A stretch of DNA of 35,042 nucleotides. Source: Deltaproteobacteria bacterium. Its GTDB lineage: Bacteria > JAEEML01. This document shows, piece by piece, positions 1 through 8,643 of the stretch. Numbering within the stretch: the stretch's first letter is position 1; each line of letters opens with the position of its first letter. The stretch covers positions 1-35,042 of the forward strand of contig JAEEML010000041.1 of NCBI GenBank assembly GCA_016283195.1, in the 5' to 3' direction. The translations under genes were made by a program, and so were the position numbers. The notes beneath the pieces are model-generated. The model was not told where the DNA came from and did not search any database. It saw nothing but the letters and a program-made list of their open reading frames with translations.

Positions 1-681
1 CCCGATGCGTCTTATATCGAGGCGCATTGAAGCATAAAATTTTAGAGCATTGCCGCCGGTGGTAGTCTCCGGATTGCCAAACATCACCCCCAGTTTTTGG
101 CGAATTTGGTTAATAAAAATCAGCATGGTGTTGCTCTGGTGAGCGGCGGCTGTGAGCTTGCGCAGTGCCTGACTCATAAGGCGGGCTTGTAAGCCCATGT
201 GGGAATCGCCCATATCGCCATCCAGTTCGGCTTTGGGAGTTAGAGCCGCCACAGAATCGACAACCACTATAGCCACCTGCTCGGAGCGAATGAGCGACTC
301 GGCAATTTCGAGAGCCTGCTCGCCGAAATCTGGCTGTGAAATCAGCAAATTATTGGGATCGACGCCGATATTTTTGGCATATTTTATATCAAGAGCGTGT
401 TCGGCATCTATATAGGCGCAAAGGCCGCCCAAAGCTTGCGCCTGCGCCACGGCATGGAGCGCCAGCGTGGTTTTGCCGGAAGATTCCGGGCCGTAAATTT
501 CCATAATGCGCCCTTTGGGCAGGCCGCCGATACCGAGAGCCCGATCGAGCGCCAAGCTGCCGCTGGATATCACGCCCACTTCCTGGTGTGGCCCCTCTTC
601 GCCCAGTAGCATGAGCGCGCCGGCGCCGAATTGCCGTTCGATTTGGCTGATGATCTCTTTTACACTGCTTTTGGCTTCCAT
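1..681 (-). CDS. recA: Recombinase RecA (3' end runs off the window)
   Basis: Manual translation of the minus strand from ATG 681 (RBS AAGGAG): [24 protein letters not shown]...[25 protein letters not shown]...IDAEHALD...[12 protein letters not shown]...[14 protein letters not shown]...[13 protein letters not shown]...[18 protein letters not shown]. Absent from the ORF track. Confidence 0.98.
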   Translation of the reverse strand, partial: MEAKSSVKEIISQIERQFGAGALMLLGEEGPHQEVGVISSGSLALDRALGIGGLPKGRIMEIYGPESSGKTTLALHAVAQAQALGGLCAYIDAEHALDIKYAKNIGVDPNNLLISQPDFGEQALEIAESLIRSEQVAIVVVDSVAALTPKAELDGDMGDSHMGLQARLMSQALRKLTAAAHQSNTMLIFINQIRQKLGVMFGNPETTTGGNALKFYASMRLDIRRIG

Positions 682-695
682 GCTGTTCTCCTTTT

Positions 696-710
696 GGCCG
701 CTTTGCGGCC
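696..710. other. GC-rich hairpin between comM stop and recA RBS
   Basis: GGCCGC-TTT-GCGGCC perfect 6-bp stem; no U-tract follows on the coding (minus) strand, so not a classical terminator. Confidence 0.45.
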
Positions 711-712
711 GG

Positions 713-2245
713 TTAAAATTCGCGATCCAAAACGCGATATTGTATAGCTTCCGAAAGATGCGAAAGATGAATATTTTCGCTATGATCCAAATCGGCAATG
801 GTTCTTGCCAGTTTCAAAATGCGGTCGCCGGCCCTAGCGCTCATGCCCAGGCGATCGATGACATTTTCCAGTAAATGGTGGCCGGCGCTATCAAGAGCGC
901 AAAATTCTTTAAGCTCTCTTTTGCCCATCTGGGCGTTATTTAAAATGCCGCGCTCTTTATAGCGATCTTTTTGCACCGCTCTGGCCGCGAGTACTCTTTT
1001 TCTTATCTCGGCCGAACTTTCGGCGGCGCTATTTTGCTGAATCATCTCATTATAGCGTAGCGCCGGCACCTCCACCTGAATATCGATGCGGTCCAGTAGC
1101 GGCCCGGAAATGCGCGCCCGATACATGGCAATTTGCTGCGGCGAACATTTGCAGTTATGGCGCGGATCGGTGGCATAGCCGCAAGGACAGGGATTAAGCG
1201 CCGCTACCAGCATTACCTTGGCCGGAAATTCCAGGCTCATCAGCGCTCGGCTGATAAGTACGCGATTTTCTTCCAAAGGCTGGCGTAGCACCTCCAAGAC
1301 CTGCTTCTTAAATTCCGGCAGTTCGTCCAAAAAGAGTACACCGCAGTGGGCCAAAGATATTTCCCCGGGGTGCGGAAAACTGCCGCCGCCGATTAAAGCC
1401 ACATTGCTTATGGTGTGGTGCGGCGATCTAAAGGGGCGATTTACCAAAAGACCGTGATCTTTCGGCAACTTACCGGCCACTGAGTAAATTTTGGTTACCT
1501 CGATGCTCTCCTCAAATTCCATGGGCGGCAATACCGAAGGTATGCGCCGGGCCAACATGGTTTTGCCGGAGCCGGGCGGGCCAATCATCAATAGATTATG
1601 GCCGCCGGCTGCCGCGACTTCTATGGCTCTTTTGGCCGTATGCTGGCCGCTCACCTCAGCTAAATCGGCTGAACCCTGCCAAATATTGCTATCCTTATCG
1701 GAGAGCTCGCCATATATGGGCTCAATATGTTTTTCGCCGCGAAAATACTCAATAAGATCTTTTAAATTGTGTACCGGCAGGATTTTGAGCCCCTCGGCAA
1801 TGGCTGCTTCGGCCAGATTAGCTGCCGGAATAATGAGTGTTTTGGCGGGATTTTGCTCTTGCGCCAAAATAGCCAGCGATAATGTGCCGCGCACCGGCAA
1901 AATATCGCCGCCCAAAGATAGCTCGCCCACACTCAAATAATCATTTAGTGCTTCAGCCGGTATGTCGCCGGTGGCTCCCAAAAGCCCCAGAGCTATTGAC
2001 AAATCAAAAGAGGTGCCGTCTTTTCTGATATCGGCCGGAGCGAGATTTACCGTGATGCGCCGGTCCGGCAGATGATAGCCGCAATTTTTGATGGCCGCCA
2101 GTACCCTGGTTTTACTTTCTCTTACGGCCATTTCTGGTAAGCCCACTATATTGAAGGCCGGCAGACCCATAGCCAAATCTACTTCCACTTGCACCGGATA
2201 GGCATCAACGCCCACCACGGCTCCCGATAATACTGTGCTTAACAT
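713..2245 (-). CDS. comM: YifB/ComM family Mg-chelatase-like AAA+ ATPase
   Basis: [77 protein letters not shown]. Start moved to ATG 2245 (RBS GGGAGGT); the ORF-track start overlaps the sigma54 promoter. Confidence 0.95.
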   Translation of the reverse strand: MLSTVLSGAVVGVDAYPVQVEVDLAMGLPAFNIVGLPEMAVRESKTRVLAAIKNCGYHLPDRRITVNLAPADIRKDGTSFDLSIALGLLGATGDIPAEALNDYLSVGELSLGGDILPVRGTLSLAILAQEQNPAKTLIIPAANLAEAAIAEGLKILPVHNLKDLIEYFRGEKHIEPIYGELSDKDSNIWQGSADLAEVSGQHTAKRAIEVAAAGGHNLLMIGPPGSGKTMLARRIPSVLPPMEFEESIEVTKIYSVAGKLPKDHGLLVNRPFRSPHHTISNVALIGGGSFPHPGEISLAHCGVLFLDELPEFKKQVLEVLRQPLEENRVLISRALMSLEFPAKVMLVAALNPCPCGYATDPRHNCKCSPQQIAMYRARISGPLLDRIDIQVEVPALRYNEMIQQNSAAESSAEIRKRVLAARAVQKDRYKERGILNNAQMGKRELKEFCALDSAGHHLLENVIDRLGMSARAGDRILKLARTIADLDHSENIHLSHLSEAIQYRVLDREF

Positions 2246-2270
2246 CAGCCACCTCCCGGGCTGTGAATAA

Positions 2271-2287
2271 AGCAAGAAGCGTGCCAA
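2271..2287 (-). promoter_or_regulatory. Sigma54 (-24/-12) promoter for comM-recA
   Basis: Minus strand reads TTGGCACGCTTCTTGCT, matching TGGCAC-N5-TTGC with exact GG-N10-GC spacing, 25 nt upstream of the comM ATG. Confidence 0.85.
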
Positions 2288-2361
2288 ATTGCTTTACTTA
2301 AAGAAAAGTAGTTAAAATTCAAAATGATATACGAAAAGTGGTAATTTTTCCGTGCAGTGAA

Positions 2362-2434
2362 AAAAGTGTGTCAAAAGTGTGTCAGGTGTGTCAAAAGTGT
2401 GCCAAAAGTGTGCCAGGTGTGTCAAAAGTGTTTC
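2362..2434. repeat. Intergenic tandem repeat, 7 units of 9-11 bp (31-bp higher-order unit x2 plus one extra unit)
   Basis: AAAAGTGTGTC x2, AGGTGTGTC, AAAAGTGTGCC x2, AGGTGTGTC, AAAAGTGTTTC. Confidence 0.95.
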
Positions 2435-2444
2435 ATGTGAAACA
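2429..2444. promoter_or_regulatory. parS-like ParB-binding palindrome
   Basis: TGTTTCATGTGAAACA, 15/16 match to the parS consensus TGTTTCACGTGAAACA; intergenic. Confidence 0.7.
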
Positions 2445-2450
2445 ATCAAT

Positions 2451-3242
2451 TTAATAGCGCATGAGTCTGGCGATATTTTTTTCTTCCCAGGCATGAGCCT
2501 TTTCGTAATCGGCAAATTCTTTTTCGGCAAATTCCAGTTTGGCCGGGTGAATAATGCGCCGGCCGGTAATAGCACTGCGGTTGTCTACACCAAAATGGGC
2601 ATGGAGCATTTCATGATAAATGACAAAAGAGACATAGTATGAAGGCACAAAATACTGATCGAGAGCCGGGTGAATGCGAATCATCTTTTGGGAGGCGTTA
2701 TAACTGCCCATTTGCATTTTTTGGCGTTTTCTCCGGCGCACCACATTGCCCCAGGTAATCTTGGCCTCAATAGTATTTTTAAAATAGCGGCTGTTTATAT
2801 AGTCAAACATTTCCTGCAAATCGTGAAACTCACCCTTGGTACTGATACGCTGTTTGCGAGGTGGTGGCGGGGCAATCTCATCGCGATGTTCTTTTATAAA
2901 ATTATCCAAAATCATTGAAGATTTTTTGTTGCCATCTACAATGAAACGAGCCAGTTCTCCGGCTACTTTAGGGTCGGCGCCCAAAAACATGTGGTGGAGG
3001 CGCACAACGTAAAAAAAGCCGTTTTTTTTGGCAGAAATGAGGCGGCTGGCGTTATCGGTTAAGATAAGGCTGATGTTTAAGCCGGTGAGTTTTTTTAAAG
3101 CCAGCTCTAAATTGCGTCTTTGGCTCTCTTCTATTTCTGCTATTGGGTCACTTATAGCTTGCGCTACCGCCGGATCCAAGAGGGCATAAGGGTCATCTTC
3201 CGGCAATTCAAAGGCCAAATCAAGTTGCCGCCCATTTTTCAT
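2451..3242 (-). CDS. SprT-like zinc metallopeptidase domain protein
   Basis: FDYINSRYF...ITWG...MGSY...IRIHPALDQYFVPSYYVSFVIYHEMLH (HExxH); start overlaps the stop of the upstream gene. Confidence 0.75.
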   Translation of the reverse strand: MKNGRQLDLAFELPEDDPYALLDPAVAQAISDPIAEIEESQRRNLELALKKLTGLNISLILTDNASRLISAKKNGFFYVVRLHHMFLGADPKVAGELARFIVDGNKKSSMILDNFIKEHRDEIAPPPPRKQRISTKGEFHDLQEMFDYINSRYFKNTIEAKITWGNVVRRRKRQKMQMGSYNASQKMIRIHPALDQYFVPSYYVSFVIYHEMLHAHFGVDNRSAITGRRIIHPAKLEFAEKEFADYEKAHAWEEKNIARLMRY

Positions 3243-4339
3243 AAGAATAATAATACCAAGATGATAATGCCGATAACCAAAATAACGCCGCCGGCTACAA
3301 GGGCAATTATACCAAGAGAAGATTTTTCTTCCACCGGCTCTAAAAGATCGGCATCAATATCATCCGGCAGAACATCGTCTTCACCAAGGTCTTCGCCTTC
3401 GCCCTCAGGCTGGGGAGCTTCTGGTGCCTTTGAAGCGTCTTCGGCAGGAGGATTCTCTTCCGGCGCTTTTTCGCCTTCCGGAGGCGGTTCTATATCGGCA
3501 AGATGTTCGGCTGAGCCGTCTGCCGCTTGCTCGCTACTGGCGTCGTCATCATATTTGTTATTGTTATCAAAGCCTTCTATTTGGTCTATGGCATTAAAAA
3601 GCTCATAATTAGGATCAACAAAGAGCAGTTTTACCGGCCCGATGAGTATTTCATCGCGGTGGCGCAAAAAACGGCGCTTAATTACTTTTTTGTCATTTAC
3701 GAGCACACCGTTTTTGGAGCCTAAATCTTCAACATAATAACCTTCCCAATCTTTTCTTATGATGGCGTGGCGCCGGGAAATATTGGGGTCATTAATAATA
3801 AAATCGCAATCTTTGCTGCGGCCCATAAACCATTCGTTGGAATTGCCGAAAACAAAGCGTGTGCCTTCATCAATGCCATTTAATACGCGGAGATAAGGCC
3901 CTTCATCATGGGCATTGCCGTGGTTTATACCGCTCAAAATTTCTTCCACCGCTTTAGCGGCCAGAGCTTGTGTTTTTTCGCCGACAGTGCTTGCCGCCGG
4001 CGCACTTTCCTCAAGCTCAATAGCTACGGTAATACGCACGGTAGCTAGCTCAATAATATCGCCGGAGCTTAAGACTTTCTTTTCGTCTCCCTCCAGCTTT
4101 TTGCCGTTAACCATGGTGCCGTAGGTAGAGCGTAAATCCTGGATAATATAAGTATCATCCTGAAAATAAACGCGACAATGCTGGCGAGAAATGGCGGCAA
4201 CCGGTACCTGGAAATCACATTTGGAATCGCGCCCAAGGGTAATGCTGTCGGCGGAGCTTTCAAAAGCCAAAGCTCGGGCGGCTTTTCCCTCTTCTTCCAG
4301 TACTGCAGTAAAGCGAATCATTTGAGTATGTTCTCCCAA
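3239..4339 (-). CDS. Double-FHA-domain protein with acidic linker and C-terminal membrane anchor
   Basis: Two FHA signatures (LGRD...ISRQH...DLRSTYGT and MGRS...ISRRH...DLGSKNGV), Glu/Pro/Asp-rich region, terminal hydrophobic helix; TTG start with AAGGAG RBS. Confidence 0.85.
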   Translation of the reverse strand: MGEHTQMIRFTAVLEEEGKAARALAFESSADSITLGRDSKCDFQVPVAAISRQHCRVYFQDDTYIIQDLRSTYGTMVNGKKLEGDEKKVLSSGDIIELATVRITVAIELEESAPAASTVGEKTQALAAKAVEEILSGINHGNAHDEGPYLRVLNGIDEGTRFVFGNSNEWFMGRSKDCDFIINDPNISRRHAIIRKDWEGYYVEDLGSKNGVLVNDKKVIKRRFLRHRDEILIGPVKLLFVDPNYELFNAIDQIEGFDNNNKYDDDASSEQAADGSAEHLADIEPPPEGEKAPEENPPAEDASKAPEAPQPEGEGEDLGEDDVLPDDIDADLLEPVEEKSSLGIIALVAGGVILVIGIIILVLLFL

Positions 4340-4369
4340 TTACTCCTTTGGTGAGCCGGTTTATACCTC

Positions 4370-5455
4370 TTACTCAAATTCCAGAGCTTTTACCCGCTGA
4401 ACACACCAAGATTTTTCGCTGGTATATTCACCTGATTTTATGAGAGATACAAATTGCTTGCAAAAATCAATAGTTTCATCTTTGCGCAAAAGCTGGTCAT
4501 ATACTTTGGCGGCATGATAGTGGGCCAGAGCGTGGGTGTTATCCAGCTTGATGGTGGTAATAAACTCGGCCAGAGCCTGGTCAAATTGTTTTTGTTCTTC
4601 CAAAACCAATCCCAGGCGGAAATGTGCATCCGGGTAACCGGGGTTATTATTAATTTCTTCAACCAGTTTTTTCACCGCCTCATTGGACATGGCGACGCAA
4701 TTATAAGCGGCTACCAAAGAATTTCTGGCTTCCAGCTGGCTCTTATTTAAAGCAAGAGCATTCATAAAAGCCGTTACGGCTTGTTGGCAACGATCGGTTT
4801 TCAGTTCAACATAGCCTAAATTATACCAAGCCTGATCGCTATTGGGGCAAATTTGTGTTAATTTGGTGAAGTGACCGCGGGCTTGATCGTAATCGTTTTC
4901 CGAGAGTGATACAGTGCCGAGACCCATGCGGCAGTCGCAGTTATTGGGATCAAGTTCCACGCATTTTAAAAACTCATCGCTGGCTTTTTTATATTCACCA
5001 AGATAAAAAGCGGTGGTGGCCATATTGCGGCGGGCATCTATATAGGCCGGGTCTATTTCCAGAGCAGTTTTAAAACAATCGGCGGCTTCGCGGTAAAGGC
5101 GTTTGTCGAAAAATTCGGCGCCCAAGTTGTTGTGCGCTTCGGCAAAATCATCGTTATAAGTAATAGCCTGCTTGAAAAACTCGATAGCTCTATCGTTATG
5201 GCCGCGCATGCGCTCTAAAATACCAAGTAAATTATAAGGCTGCGCAAAACGCGGGCTAAATTCAATGGCTATTTTACAGCGGGCTTCAGCCTGTTCCAAA
5301 AGCTGCTGTGAGAGGTAATCGGCGCAAAGATCGGCATTTTCCTGAGCGCTTGGGTGTACTTTATGACCGGAGCAAGAGATATTGCCGGCCAGTAAAGAAG
5401 CCATGAAAAGAAAAGAAATATTGGATAGTTTTTTAAATACCGGAGACACTTTCAT
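4370..5455 (-). CDS. TPR-repeat lipoprotein (Tgl/PilF pilotin-like)
   Basis: Signal peptide ending LLAGNISC, then tandem TPRs (YNLLG, AHNNLG, AWYNLG, AHFRLG) with many Cys; ATG 5455 with GAGGGT RBS. Confidence 0.75.
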   Translation of the reverse strand: MKVSPVFKKLSNISFLFMASLLAGNISCSGHKVHPSAQENADLCADYLSQQLLEQAEARCKIAIEFSPRFAQPYNLLGILERMRGHNDRAIEFFKQAITYNDDFAEAHNNLGAEFFDKRLYREAADCFKTALEIDPAYIDARRNMATTAFYLGEYKKASDEFLKCVELDPNNCDCRMGLGTVSLSENDYDQARGHFTKLTQICPNSDQAWYNLGYVELKTDRCQQAVTAFMNALALNKSQLEARNSLVAAYNCVAMSNEAVKKLVEEINNNPGYPDAHFRLGLVLEEQKQFDQALAEFITTIKLDNTHALAHYHAAKVYDQLLRKDETIDFCKQFVSLIKSGEYTSEKSWCVQRVKALEFE

Positions 5456-5503
5456 GTCACCCTCGCTTTCTGGTTTTGGCCATCTACACAAAATGGCGCT
5501 AGC

Positions 5504-5532
5504 ATCATAGAAAAATAGAAGGCCTTAGTCAA
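5504..5532 (-). promoter_or_regulatory. Sigma70-type promoter for the TPR-FHA-SprT operon
   Basis: Minus strand TTGACT-N17-TATGAT. Confidence 0.65.
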
Positions 5533-5583
5533 TTGGCCATAGCTAAAGTAAGCATTTTTTGCTCTTATCCTCTCCTCATACTC

Positions 5584-5612
5584 TTGGCAGATTGTTTTTT
5601 TTCCCTTATGGT
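5584..5612 (+). promoter_or_regulatory. Possible sigma70-type promoter for the J-domain gene
   Basis: TTGGCA-N17-TATGGT, 24 nt before ATG 5637. Confidence 0.4.
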
Positions 5613-5636
5613 AGGCAATGTGACTTAGGAGGAACC

Positions 5637-7148
5637 ATGTTCGCCATTGGTCAATCAGGAAGTCTAACAGAAAAAATAGCCCCCATGATTTTAGCCTGGA
5701 CAGCCGTATCACGCTATAGCGGCAATGTGACTATTACTCAGGAAAGTGGGGTGCGCTCCTTTTACTTCTTAAACGGCAAGGTTATTTATGTCACCAGCAA
5801 CCATCCGGAGGAGGGCATTATTGCTGCTTTGGTGCGCCTTAAAAAGCTTAATAACGAGCAATATAAGGCTATTTATGTAAAAGCTCATTCAGCGGGTCTC
5901 ATGCCGGAAGCTATCGCCCAAAATGATTACGATATCTTAGGTGGGGCTTTGAAAGAGGCGGAAAAACTGGCCGCCCGGCTTTTAATCAGAAAAATGGCAA
6001 CTGATATGGACGGCGGTTCTTATGAGCTCACGGCCGGAGTAAAGCCGGGAAATGGTTCTGTTTTAGTGGAGCTCGATCCGCTTTTTGACCTCTTAACGGC
6101 GGCAGCCGACGGCATCAGCGATGAGGCGGCTAAGAATTATTTTAATCAAAATAATTTTTATCTGCGTGCCCGGAGTGACACCTGGGAGAAGATGCTAGCT
6201 GTTTTTAGCTCTCTAAGAGGGGCTTTACAAAAGCCGCTGGTTTTGCCCGATGCAGAAATACCTCCGGCATATTCTCTTGATATTATTGATAAAACAGACA
6301 TTTCTCCGCGGTCTTTGCTGCTCCTCCTTATTGCTGCTGCCATTGTGCCTTCGGCCCCGCGGGAGGATGATGCCGTTTTGGAAAAACCGGGCACCGAGCA
6401 GGAAGAAGCCGCCCGTAAAGAGATTCATGAAGAATATCAGCGCATAAAAGAGGCCGATTATTTTACAGTTATGCAACTTCCCGATAATGCCGGCGAGGAG
6501 CAAATCAAAAATAGCTATTTGGCTTTGGCGCAAAAGTGGCATTTGGATAGTTTTGCCGGCTTGGATTTGGGCAGTGCAGCCAAAGAATTGCAAGCCATTT
6601 TCGCTAAAATAAATGAGGCCAAAGAGACTCTTTTAGACCCTAAAAAGCGCGAATCTTATATCTTCTTTTTAGAGCGCACCAAAGCCGGGTTGCCCACCGA
6701 TGTGGAAGTTATTTTAAAGGCGGAAGATAATTTTAAGCGGGCGCAACTTTGCATAGAACAAGGCAAATATCAAGTAGCTCTGCCTCTTTTGGAAGAGGCT
6801 GTGGCCCTTAATAAAGGCGAAGCCGATTTTTGGATTGCTCTTGCTCTTTCCAAAGTGGCGGTGCAAGGTGAGGCAGCCTATAAAGAGGCCATGGAAATGT
6901 TGCAAAAAGCCGATGAGATGGATAAAAAATTCCACCTTAAAGTGCTGCTCACCAAAGGCAAAATCGAGCTCCTTTTATCGCATTATAAAGAGGCCGATAA
7001 ATATTACAGCGAGGTTTTGGCGATTCAGCCTGAAAACGAAGTAGCTCAGCGCGATAAGCGCCTCATAACCAGCCGCCTGGCGCGCAAGATGGCTAAAGAA
7101 GCTAAAGAGCCAAAGAGTTTAAAAGAGCTTTTAACAGGTAAAAAGTAG
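5637..7148 (+). CDS. DUF4388-like / J-domain-like / TPR protein
   Basis: N-terminal SGNVTI...RSFYFLNGKVIYVTSN (DUF4388-like); DYFTVMQL...IKNSYLALAQKWHLD...FAKINEAKETLLDPKKRESY (J-domain); C-terminal TPRs. ATG 5637 with AGGAGG RBS. Confidence 0.8.
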   Translation: MFAIGQSGSLTEKIAPMILAWTAVSRYSGNVTITQESGVRSFYFLNGKVIYVTSNHPEEGIIAALVRLKKLNNEQYKAIYVKAHSAGLMPEAIAQNDYDILGGALKEAEKLAARLLIRKMATDMDGGSYELTAGVKPGNGSVLVELDPLFDLLTAAADGISDEAAKNYFNQNNFYLRARSDTWEKMLAVFSSLRGALQKPLVLPDAEIPPAYSLDIIDKTDISPRSLLLLLIAAAIVPSAPREDDAVLEKPGTEQEEAARKEIHEEYQRIKEADYFTVMQLPDNAGEEQIKNSYLALAQKWHLDSFAGLDLGSAAKELQAIFAKINEAKETLLDPKKRESYIFFLERTKAGLPTDVEVILKAEDNFKRAQLCIEQGKYQVALPLLEEAVALNKGEADFWIALALSKVAVQGEAAYKEAMEMLQKADEMDKKFHLKVLLTKGKIELLLSHYKEADKYYSEVLAIQPENEVAQRDKRLITSRLARKMAKEAKEPKSLKELLTGKK

Positions 7149-7200
7149 AGGTGTAATATTTTGCGCCTGCACGGGATTGTTAATGAGGTGCAATATGGGG

Positions 7201-7362
7201 CTAATCTACTTTTTTGAACATATCTTTTGAAGCGCCGCAGATGGGGCAGCACCAATCATCGGGCAAAGCGGCAAAAGGAGTGCCGGGAGCAATGCCGCTA
7301 TCGGGGTCGCCTTTAGCCGGGTCGTAAACATAGCCACAAGGTTCACAAGCAAATTTTTCCAT
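7201..7362 (-). CDS. Rubredoxin (53 aa)
   Basis: Manual translation [53 protein letters not shown]; two CxxCG motifs; RBS GAGGAGG; below the ORF-track length cutoff. Confidence 0.98.
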   Translation of the reverse strand: MEKFACEPCGYVYDPAKGDPDSGIAPGTPFAALPDDWCCPICGASKDMFKKVD

Positions 7363-7374
7363 AATTTCCTCCTC

Positions 7375-8571
7375 TTATTTATCTTCTTTTAAAAGCGCTT
7401 CTACCAGCGCCGGGACCTGGTTAAGAGTTTCTTCGGTGGGGTTCCAAAAGGATTTTACCGTTTCTTCAAGAACATTAAAGCCGGCATCTTTTAGCGCCGA
7501 TTGGATATTTTTCACGGCTTCGCCGCTCCAGCCGTAGCAACCGAAGGCCGCCGCTTTTTTGTTTCTAAAGCGCAACGATTTGGTAAAAGAGAGCATCCCG
7601 GCCACACTGGAGAGCATATCGTTACAAGCGGTCGGCGAGCCCACCAAAAGGGCTTTAGATTTAAAGATTTCGGTCATCAGGTCGTTTTTATCGGTTTTCG
7701 CAATGTGGAAAATTTTCACCACCGTTTGCGGGCTGGCCTCCTTGATGGCTGCGGCCAGAGCGTGGGCAATTTTGGCTGTTCCTTCCCACATGGTGTCGTA
7801 GGCTATAGTTATTTGATCTTCCTGGTAAGCATTGGCCCAAAGAGCATATTTTTCCACAATTTGCGCGGGATTATCGCGCCAAATGACGCCATGCGAGGGA
7901 GCTATCATCTCAATTGGCAAATTGAGGGCGGCAATTTCGGCCAGTTTTTTGCTCAAAAATATGCAGAAGGGATGGACAATATTGACAAAATACTTAACGG
8001 CCTCCTGATAAAGCACGCATTGATCGGCCAAATCATTGTAGAGCTCGGCCACGGCATAGTGTTGGCCAAAAGCATCATTGGAAAAGAGAATATTGTCGCC
8101 GCTCAAAAAAGTGGCCATGGAGTCCGGCCAGTGCAGCATTTTCATTTCCACAAAAGTTAAGGTGCGCCCGGGGCCGATTTCGATGGAATCGCCGGTTTTT
8201 ACCACATGAAAGTTCCAGCCGTTTTGGCCATATTGCCCCTCCAAGCTTTTAACAGCGGCGGCCGTGCAGTAAATGGGCGTTTCGGGAATTTCGGCCATGA
8301 GGGCAGGCAGGGCGCCGGAGTGGTCGGCTTCGCCGTGGTTCATAATAATGAGATCGATTTTTTTGAGATCAATTTCTTTCTTTAAATTTTCAACAAAATC
8401 AAAACGATGCGGCGTCCAAACGGTATCAATTAAAACTGTTTTGTCATACTCTAAAAGGTAGGCATTTTGGCTGGAACCATGGTTAATGGTGAAATCGTCA
8501 CCATGGAATTTTTTGATTTCCCAATCCATGTAACCAACCCAGCTGACATTATTTTTAAGAACTTTTTTCAC
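7375..8571 (-). CDS. fprA: Flavodiiron protein (FprA, class A; O2/NO reductase)
   Basis: NHGEADHSG, MLHWPD, FSNDAFGQH, PSHG diiron ligands; flavodoxin domain YDTMWEGT...GSPT...AAFGCYGWSGE. GTG start at 8571 with GGAGGT RBS. Confidence 0.93.
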   Translation of the reverse strand: MKKVLKNNVSWVGYMDWEIKKFHGDDFTINHGSSQNAYLLEYDKTVLIDTVWTPHRFDFVENLKKEIDLKKIDLIIMNHGEADHSGALPALMAEIPETPIYCTAAAVKSLEGQYGQNGWNFHVVKTGDSIEIGPGRTLTFVEMKMLHWPDSMATFLSGDNILFSNDAFGQHYAVAELYNDLADQCVLYQEAVKYFVNIVHPFCIFLSKKLAEIAALNLPIEMIAPSHGVIWRDNPAQIVEKYALWANAYQEDQITIAYDTMWEGTAKIAHALAAAIKEASPQTVVKIFHIAKTDKNDLMTEIFKSKALLVGSPTACNDMLSSVAGMLSFTKSLRFRNKKAAAFGCYGWSGEAVKNIQSALKDAGFNVLEETVKSFWNPTEETLNQVPALVEALLKEDK

Positions 8572-8643
8572 GGGTACCTCCAGCGGCCGAACTTTGGCCG
8601 CCAGGCACAATATAACTAAACAGCTTGTTAAACCAGAGAAATG

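Noticed and set aside
197-874. Plus-strand ORFs of 70-122 aa
   Set aside because: Antisense shadows of recA and comM; the same applies to most short ORFs opposite long genes in the track.
713-2245. Photosynthetic magnesium chelatase (with the tocopherol cyclase) as a sign of phototrophy
   Set aside because: The protein has the ComM/YifB architecture and no chlorophyll or photosystem genes are present.
2393-2416. TGGCAC copies in the repeat as extra sigma54 promoters
   Set aside because: They are not followed by TTGC at the -12 position; spacing gives TGGC or TGAC.
2312-2642. ORFs 2312..2575 (-) and 2379..2642 (+) as genes
   Set aside because: Their THF/CQKC periodicity is just the translated DNA repeat, and they overlap the SprT-like gene.
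7149-7374. Non-coding RNA in the apparent intergenic gap
   Set aside because: Most of the gap is the rubredoxin gene; the remaining imperfect inverted repeat near 7156-7195 is too weak to call a terminator.
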